Virus record (IMG/VR): IMGVR_UViG_3300037502_002993 | Coordinates: 124,001 to 188,000 of that record | DNA: 64,000 nt | Direction: 5' to 3' (one strand) | Part shown: piece after piece, positions 58,133 through 64,000 of the stretch | Position numbering within the stretch: the first letter of the stretch is position 1 | Layout: each line of letters opens with the position of its first letter | The notes under the pieces: model-generated | What the model was told of the DNA's origin: nothing | What the model saw: only the letters and a program-made list of their open reading frames with translations | Database searches by the model: none | Program-made: the position numbers and the translations under genes

Positions 58133-58364
58133 AACGTTTGGATTAAGCTAATAAAGGGAAATGTATCCTACACTACCCTCTATATCGCTCTATACGCCGT
58201 TTTGAGACGTTTTAATGGGGTTACCTGAACCAAGGTACTGGGTTGGGTAAATGAAGGCTTAGGAGCGAGTATACGAGGTATTTGATAAGTACGGCATAAA
58301 AGCCCCCAGAGGGGGCTAACTTGGGTTGTATAGCGACTTTAACAGATTATAGTGTCATGAGATC

Positions 58365-58808
58365 TCACTGCGAAGCTTTCTCTTCATGTCGTCCACCTGT
58401 TCCTGTGACGTTGGGTGTCCTCACCCGCTCGACAATACCTTCCACTACCCCACCGCCAAAGTACAGTGACAGCACAAGAATGGCAGGCCACTCTAAGGTA
58501 TCGCGGTTGAGGTTTGCAATCTCAACAGCCACCTCACGAATAGTGTCACCAAGCTCACTCCCCATAAAGAAAACAGAGCTCACCATCAACATGGCACAGA
58601 TAGCCCACACCCCTACATAGGTGAGGCTTACCAGCAGTGCGAGGAAACGTTGGATGAGCTTAAAGGGTTCATAGCTTCTAAACAAAGCTCTGGCACTTTC
58701 GGCCCTTTCGGTGGTCGTAAAGTGTTCTGCTTTACTGCCCGCGAGTTTCTCATACACCTCACGCACTATCTCTTCATGACCGAAGAGACGTTTTAGTAAC
58801 GTCCTCAT
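58365..58808 (-). CDS. Membrane protein, holin-like
   Basis: YEPFKLIQRFLA followed by two hydrophobic helices; GGAG SD before ATG 58808. Confidence 0.5.
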   Translation of the reverse strand: MRTLLKRLFGHEEIVREVYEKLAGSKAEHFTTTERAESARALFRSYEPFKLIQRFLALLVSLTYVGVWAICAMLMVSSVFFMGSELGDTIREVAVEIANLNRDTLEWPAILVLSLYFGGGVVEGIVERVRTPNVTGTGGRHEEKASQ

Positions 58809-58810
58809 AT

Positions 58811-59209
58811 CTACCACTCCACCCAATTGGGGTTAGAATAACCCTCCTTACCGGTAGTGGGCTGACGAAGTCCCCGAACGTAGGTGTCTTTAATGTTCTT
58901 GGATTGCGTTTCCCACTTGAGGTTACTCTTGGCATTATTCAACCGATCGTCATCTTGATGACATCCTACCTCGCCCGCTTTAGGGGGACCATAGAACGCA
59001 CGACAGACTAAATCATGCACATAGCAGAGTTTCCTTCCTTCCCCTACCTTCACACTCACACGACGATACTGCCCCGCAACTCCCCCCAATGTAATCTTCT
59101 CACTCTCCTTAAGAAACACCTCTCCCTTTTTATTGACCAGTACCTGGGGATAGCCCGGCACTGTGTAAAACCCTTTGGGCTTCTCTACCGCCTTGGGTGT
59201 GAAGGCCAT
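58811..59209 (-). CDS. Free-standing HNH endonuclease (NUMOD4-like N-terminus plus HNH)
   Basis: VPGYP.V.VNKKGEV, YVHDLVCRAFYG, CHQDDDRLNNAKSNLKWETQSKN. Confidence 0.82.
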   Translation of the reverse strand: MAFTPKAVEKPKGFYTVPGYPQVLVNKKGEVFLKESEKITLGGVAGQYRRVSVKVGEGRKLCYVHDLVCRAFYGPPKAGEVGCHQDDDRLNNAKSNLKWETQSKNIKDTYVRGLRQPTTGKEGYSNPNWVEW

Positions 59210-59233
59210 GTCTCCCCCTTGTTCTTAACGGCA

Positions 59234-59261
59234 GAATGGCCGCCCCGGAGGGCGGCCATTC
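59234..59261 (-). terminator. Strong hairpin downstream of the capsid and Ig-domain ORFs
   Basis: Perfect 12 bp stem GAATGGCCGCCC/GGGCGGCCATTC with a 4 nt loop. Confidence 0.65.
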
Positions 59262-59277
59262 CATGGCACCACTCATC

Positions 59278-59565
59278 TTAGAGTTCCGAATACCGAGGAG
59301 TGCCGTCTTCCGTTGTTCGCATCTCCCCGTCTTCGGTTAACCGAAGCTCTACCACAGTCACCTCGGCTTCCAGTCCAGCCACCCGCAGCGTAACACTACC
59401 AGGCGCCAGTGCAGTGACCACCCCACTGGAGTCGACAATGGCGGTACCATCATCAGGTTCCAACATCCAAGTAACATCACTCGGAGTGTTTCCCACCTCA
59501 TCGGTAAGGGAGAACGCTTGGCTCTCCCCAACGGTCAATGTTACTGCTGTGGGCTCTAAGGTGAG
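59278..59565 (-). CDS. Ig-like (Big_2-type) domain in frame with the major capsid protein, probably expressed by stop readthrough
   Basis: LTLEPTAVTLTVGESQ...VTW...AIVDSSGVVTALAPGSVTLRV follows the capsid TAA directly; no SD before the TTG. Confidence 0.7.
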   Translation of the reverse strand, partial: LTLEPTAVTLTVGESQAFSLTDEVGNTPSDVTWMLEPDDGTAIVDSSGVVTALAPGSVTLRVAGLEAEVTVVELRLTEDGEMRTTEDGTPRYSEL

Positions 59566-61827
59566 TTAACCCGCAGGCGGCTCTTCTACCGGCTCTTCCG
59601 GAGTGGTCGGAGCTGCGCTGCCACCGCCGATACGGGCGTTGAACTGCGACAGGCTCATGACCTCTTCCAGACCTTCCACGTCGATCTCCAGCGCGAACGG
59701 GATGTTGTTGACGTGCAGGTTGAAGGGCACGGCGGCGATCTCACGAGAGATCTGACCATGACGAGAGATCGGCAGGTCGGCCACGATGGTCGGCACGTAG
59801 TAGAAGGTACCCCAGTTCAGGATATCGTTCTCCACGGGCTTCTCACGGGTCAGGATGACCACGATCTTACCGTCCATCCGCTCGTTGTTGGTGGCAACGA
59901 TGTCGTACTTCAGGTAGGCACCGAGGGCACGGTCGTCACCAGAGTGCATCAGGTAGTTGGCGATATCAGAAGAGGTCAGGATGACCGCCTTCGGACGCTC
60001 GTCAGCATTGCCGGTGATGGTCTGGAACGCCGCCTGGATGTTCGAGTCGCGATAAGCGGTGAACATCATGGAGCGGATCACGTTCAGGATGGACTCACAG
60101 ACATCCTTGAAGCGGTCTTGGCTCTTGATGGAGTCGACTGCATCACGCAGATCCAGAGACGCATGACGGTAGGTCGGACGCATCACGGCGGACAGAGCCC
60201 CTTCCACCTGACCGAACTTCGGACGGGTGAAACCAGCACCTACGTACTCACGCAGCTGGGCACAGTAGTTCAGCAGGCGAGTCACGGCGTTGGCGGAGTT
60301 GCGCACGTTGGTGGCGGCGGTCAGGAACTTGACCACATCGCCCGGACCGGCTTCGTCCATGGTGGACATCGGCAGGGTGATCGGCGCATGCATCGGGATC
60401 GGGTAGCGGAACTGCAGGGCACGGGTCTGCAGCAGCTGACCGCGGTTACGACGGTTGGTGTTGGTGAAACGGGCGTCGAGCTCGTAGCCCACCACAGCCA
60501 TGTCACCGAGGGCAGTGATCATAGCGGCAACCGCACCGCCGGTCAGGGCCAGAGAGGTACCTTCCTCGTCGTACACGCGGCTGACTTCCACCGGGCTCGG
60601 GGAGAGGTACAGGCTGCCCTTGGACAGGGACACAGTACCGGACATCTGCACGGACACACGAACGCTCCAACCAGCCGGAACGTTTGCCAGGGCAGTGCCT
60701 TCCACGGTGGTGGTGTCGGCAGTGATCAGCAGGTCGTCTGACATGAACGCCAGGTTGGCGTTACGGGTATCAGACTGCAGGGCCGGTTGGAAGACAGCGG
60801 TCGGCATACGGCGCACGTTGAAGCGCACCACGCCATCGCCAGTCTGCACATACAGGCTCTTCAGCCACATGGCGCTGTCCAGGGTATCGGAGATATCCAG
60901 GTAGTGGCCATTCAGCAGCTGCTGCTGGTTGGAGATACCGATCAGGTTCAGCTTGGTGTTCGGACGCAGCGGAGCAGTGCGCACCGGGCCGGTGTTGGGG
61001 TGCTCGACTTCGATCGGCGCGACCAGGCCTGCCGGGATGAAGTACTGGGTGTTGTCATCCTGCTCGTTGACCACCGGGATACAGGCAGTGCTGAAGTCTT
61101 CCAGAATGGACGGATCACGGAAGGCTTCGACCAGGTTGACTTCCTGGGTGTCGAACAGCGCGCCAGTGGTCTGGTGATAGACATCACGCATCACGGCGAC
61201 GTAGGTCAGGTTCTGGGTCACACCACCTTCGGTCGGGTTCACGACCACGGTCGGGTAGGCGGCTTCACCGAAGGCATCCTGACGGGCGGCGGTCAGGCTG
61301 TAGCCGACAGAGACCACACGGAAGTCACGCTGGGACTTCTCGTTGTAGTTCTCCATGGCGGCTTTGGCATCGGAAACGGTCATCAGAGAACCAGCCGGGC
61401 CATCCAGCATCGGACGCACGTTGATCACGTTCGGATCAGCGGATTCCACAGCCACGGCCATCTTGGCCATGTTGTTGCGCCACTGGCGGGCGTTGGTCAG
61501 CGCCGCTTGGGTCAGCAGGGCGGCAGTGATCTGGTTGGAGGCCACGCGATCGGCATCAGCACCACGACCCTGGTTGTAGTGCTCAAAGCCCACGCTCGGA
61601 TCACCGAGGATGTCTTCCAGCGCACGGTACATACCCTGGATCTCTTCACCCAGGTGACCATCGACGTCGCCGAAACCTTCCAGGGCGGCGGAGAAGTGCT
61701 CAGCGCCAACGCTCAGTTGACCGGCTTGGGTGCCGTCGATCTGCTCGTAGGACTTGGCGAAGGCGCTCAGGTTAAAGTGGGCAGACGTGCGATCCCGCTT
61801 GCCCATCAGGAAGTTCTTGATGCTCAT
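59566..61827 (-). CDS. Major capsid protein (phiKZ gp120-like)
   Basis: About 753 aa from ATG 61827; AAME-NY processing-type site; PTVVVNPTEGG, YRFPIP-like QFRYPIPMH, PFNLHVNNIP; extreme codon bias; next to DnaB as in phiKZ. Confidence 0.9.
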   Translation of the reverse strand: MSIKNFLMGKRDRTSAHFNLSAFAKSYEQIDGTQAGQLSVGAEHFSAALEGFGDVDGHLGEEIQGMYRALEDILGDPSVGFEHYNQGRGADADRVASNQITAALLTQAALTNARQWRNNMAKMAVAVESADPNVINVRPMLDGPAGSLMTVSDAKAAMENYNEKSQRDFRVVSVGYSLTAARQDAFGEAAYPTVVVNPTEGGVTQNLTYVAVMRDVYHQTTGALFDTQEVNLVEAFRDPSILEDFSTACIPVVNEQDDNTQYFIPAGLVAPIEVEHPNTGPVRTAPLRPNTKLNLIGISNQQQLLNGHYLDISDTLDSAMWLKSLYVQTGDGVVRFNVRRMPTAVFQPALQSDTRNANLAFMSDDLLITADTTTVEGTALANVPAGWSVRVSVQMSGTVSLSKGSLYLSPSPVEVSRVYDEEGTSLALTGGAVAAMITALGDMAVVGYELDARFTNTNRRNRGQLLQTRALQFRYPIPMHAPITLPMSTMDEAGPGDVVKFLTAATNVRNSANAVTRLLNYCAQLREYVGAGFTRPKFGQVEGALSAVMRPTYRHASLDLRDAVDSIKSQDRFKDVCESILNVIRSMMFTAYRDSNIQAAFQTITGNADERPKAVILTSSDIANYLMHSGDDRALGAYLKYDIVATNNERMDGKIVVILTREKPVENDILNWGTFYYVPTIVADLPISRHGQISREIAAVPFNLHVNNIPFALEIDVEGLEEVMSLSQFNARIGGGSAAPTTPEEPVEEPPAG

Positions 61828-61929
61828 GTGGTATACCTTTTGCAAAAGGATTGGTATGTTGAAGAAACGTTTGAGTTTGCTTACCGTTCTCTGTAATCAC
61901 CACCTTTATGTCAGTATCAAGGAATGACC

Positions 61930-62529
61930 TCAATCCAACGGCAGGGATTTCAGATAATAGGAAAACAAATTGGTCTTGCTCATTCGTTCAAAGGAGAACG
62001 TGTGCAGGACCTGAGCGATCATCGCATCGAAGAACGCTCGATTGTACGAGAGCTGCATGCTGTCAGGATCGCCTTCTTCATGGCGTGACCTCTGCCACAC
62101 CACGACCCAGAACGTCTCGTCTACCACATCCAGGGAGTATACAGGAATGGTTACCGCATCTCCCATTTGGAAATCTGTTTCATACCGTAGTTGCAGGGTT
62201 TCTACCCGCTGTTGAACACGATCCTTAAGCGGCTCGTCATCCAGCAGTTGTTTCAGTGGTGAGGGCACCAACTGAATGTCCAGTTCTCGATCAAACGAGA
62301 AGGGGAAGTAACGCATCCCGAGTTCAATATCCGCTAGATCATCCGCACTGAGGACCTTGGTCATGCGGTTGATGGAGCGGAGTTCTTGGAGTGACACCCC
62401 TTCGTCTTTAAGACTTCGGTAGGTGTCATCAGAAATCACCAAGACCTGTGGCATGGCCAAGACTCCCATCGGGGCACCTGCCCCAGTGCATGAAAAACAA
62501 CAGTTGTCATCATACAGTAAGGATTTCAC
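61930..62529 (-). CDS. Conserved hypothetical protein between capsid and helicase; start may be ATG 62454
   Basis: 199 aa ORF; synteny. Confidence 0.6.
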   Translation of the reverse strand: MKSLLYDDNCCFSCTGAGAPMGVLAMPQVLVISDDTYRSLKDEGVSLQELRSINRMTKVLSADDLADIELGMRYFPFSFDRELDIQLVPSPLKQLLDDEPLKDRVQQRVETLQLRYETDFQMGDAVTIPVYSLDVVDETFWVVVWQRSRHEEGDPDSMQLSYNRAFFDAMIAQVLHTFSFERMSKTNLFSYYLKSLPLD

Positions 62530-62620
62530 CCATGGTAGTTTCCTGCGCTTTGGATAAAATACGCTCTGCTGTGATAGTCTGCTAAAGGGGTCCGTCTATT
62601 GCATAAGGAGAGTCCACTTG

Positions 62621-64000
62621 ATGTTTTCCCCCAAACAATTGCTGGTTCACTGCATTACACTGGCATGCTTTGAACACCGGGAAGGGGTATCGACCTCTCC
62701 CTCGAAAGAACTCGTTGAAAATGTGATTGCCTCACTCCCCATTCCTGAGGCCACCGTAGACCACGATCATGGACGCCAGACCTTTTTGGAGCTACGTGGG
62801 TATGTAATGTGGCTAAACGCGAGAGGGAAAGGGGACTTCCCCACTGAACAGGAGGTGTTACAAAACGTTCAGATTGCCTGTCGTGAAGAGACCTACCTGT
62901 ACGAGGCCATTGCCTCTCCGTTGCTTGAGAAACACAAGAACGTCAAAGAAACCGTTAAGATCATCCAGAGTTACCGTAATAAGCTTAGCCAATACCTGAA
63001 TGAAGAGAAGATCCGTCAACTGATCAAAGAGTACCAAGGGAAGCTGCTCTTTAAACGCGACCAGTATGACGTAACAGAAACCGTCAGAGAACTCCAAGAG
63101 AAGCTAGAGCCACTGATTGCCATTCGCGGTAAGCAGTCTCACCCCTCACTGATGGGGGAGATCGACTTTGGGAACGGAGAGTCTCTTACAGAAGGGTTTA
63201 ATGAAGTCAAGGTCGCGGTATCCCCTGAAGGCGCCTTTAAGACCGGGTGGAAAGCACTCAATCGGATGCTGGGGCCCACTGGCGCAATCAAGCGGGGTGA
63301 GTGTGTGGTAGTGGGGGCGCTACAGCACAACTTCAAGTCCGGCTTTATGATGCTAATGTTCATCTTCTTTGCGATGTTCAATAAACCCTACATGCGCGAT
63401 AAGACCAAAAAACCCCTGTTATACTTTATTTCCTTTGAGAACTCGATCTCTGAGAACCTGTTAACCATCTATAAGTACCTCAAAGAGAATGAGACAGGGG
63501 TGGCGGTGGTGGATAGCCAAGTCAACCCCGATGAAGCAGCAAAGTACGTAGCGGAACAGTTGCGTAAGACGGGGTATGAGCTACGCATGGATCGGTTTGA
63601 TCCCACTGAGTTTACCTGCAGTTCATTGATCGCGACACTGGATGGTCTGTCGGCTGATGGGTATGAGATCCACGCGCTCTTTATTGATTACTTGAACATG
63701 ATCAATAAGGCAGGCCTTGAAGCCAAAACCATCGGGGAAGATATCCGTCTGGCATTTCGTCGCGTCAGAAACTTTTGTGCGCCTAGAGGCATCACCTTTA
63801 TTTCTCCTCACCAGCTCAGTACAGAGGCACTTCAGCTCACCCGTGAGAATGTGGAAGACTTCGTTAAGGTGGTAGCCAACAAGGGGTATTACGACGGCTC
63901 TAAACGCTTGACACAGGAACCAGATCTGGAGATTTTCCTCCACATCGTCGAAGTCAACGGAGAGAAGTTCTTAACCGTTGCACGGGGTAAACACCGTGGG
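62621..64000 (+). CDS. dnaB: DnaB-like replicative helicase (phiKZ gp118-like), 3'-truncated by the window
   Basis: Absent from the ORF track because there is no stop. ATG 62621 after AAGGAG; reads MFSPKQLL...FKTGWKALNRMLG...VVGALQHNFKSG (Walker A variant), FISFEN, LFIDYLNM, SPHQLS. Confidence 0.88.
   Translation, partial: MFSPKQLLVHCITLACFEHREGVSTSPSKELVENVIASLPIPEATVDHDHGRQTFLELRGYVMWLNARGKGDFPTEQEVLQNVQIACREETYLYEAIASPLLEKHKNVKETVKIIQSYRNKLSQYLNEEKIRQLIKEYQGKLLFKRDQYDVTETVRELQEKLEPLIAIRGKQSHPSLMGEIDFGNGESLTEGFNEVKVAVSPEGAFKTGWKALNRMLGPTGAIKRGECVVVGALQHNFKSGFMMLMFIFFAMFNKPYMRDKTKKPLLYFISFENSISENLLTIYKYLKENETGVAVVDSQVNPDEAAKYVAEQLRKTGYELRMDRFDPTEFTCSSLIATLDGLSADGYEIHALFIDYLNMINKAGLEAKTIGEDIRLAFRRVRNFCAPRGITFISPHQLSTEALQLTRENVEDFVKVVANKGYYDGSKRLTQEPDLEIFLHIVEVNGEKFLTVARGKHRG

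Noticed and set aside
59713-61896. Long plus-strand ORFs (342 and 369 aa) opposite the capsid gene
   Set aside because: Antisense shadows produced by the capsid gene's strong codon bias; no SD or recognisable motifs.
1-64000. Reverse transcriptase or template repeat for the DGR-like regions
   Set aside because: I found no ORF with RT motifs (YADD/YxDD in context), and the VR anchor GGTGTTACG only in the three genes. This was a manual scan, so they are presumed outside the window.
62621-64000. Inteins in DnaB, UvsX or RNAP subunits
   Set aside because: No C/S...HN-C/S/T splice motifs or unexplained insertions in the visible sequence.

Overview
This window is a 64 kb segment of a phiKZ-like (Chimalliviridae-type) jumbo myophage genome; chimallin itself is not in the window. 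Gene order follows the phiKZ core in two blocks. The first runs tail fibre, virion RNAP beta C-terminal subunit (gp149-like), UvsX, RNase H, inner-head proteins, baseplate spike, SbcC, dUTPase, tape measure/lytic transglycosylase (gp181-like), virion RNAP beta' (gp180-like) and beta (gp178-like), and head protease (gp175-like). The second runs non-virion RNAP beta N-terminal subunit (gp123-like), major capsid protein (gp120-like) and DnaB (gp118-like, truncated by the window end). phiKZ gp assignments come from recalled motifs and synteny, not from searches. Main non-routine observations: (1) Three dispersed Mtd-like genes (12.4, 27.5 and 47.7 kb) carry a diversity-generating-retroelement (DGR) type variable region (NNY variation, third positions fixed), but no reverse transcriptase or template repeat is visible in the window. 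(2) Each of these genes is followed by an array of ~60 bp hairpin micro-cassettes encoding alternative C-terminal strands, which differ in order between loci; one is inverted and shows a compensatory base-pair change. (3) The virion RNAP beta gene is split by two group I introns, one carrying a DUF723-repeat/Vsr-like endonuclease inside its P1 loop. (4) An Ig-like domain lies in frame immediately after the major capsid UAA stop, suggesting readthrough. No tRNA, rRNA or CRISPR array was seen.
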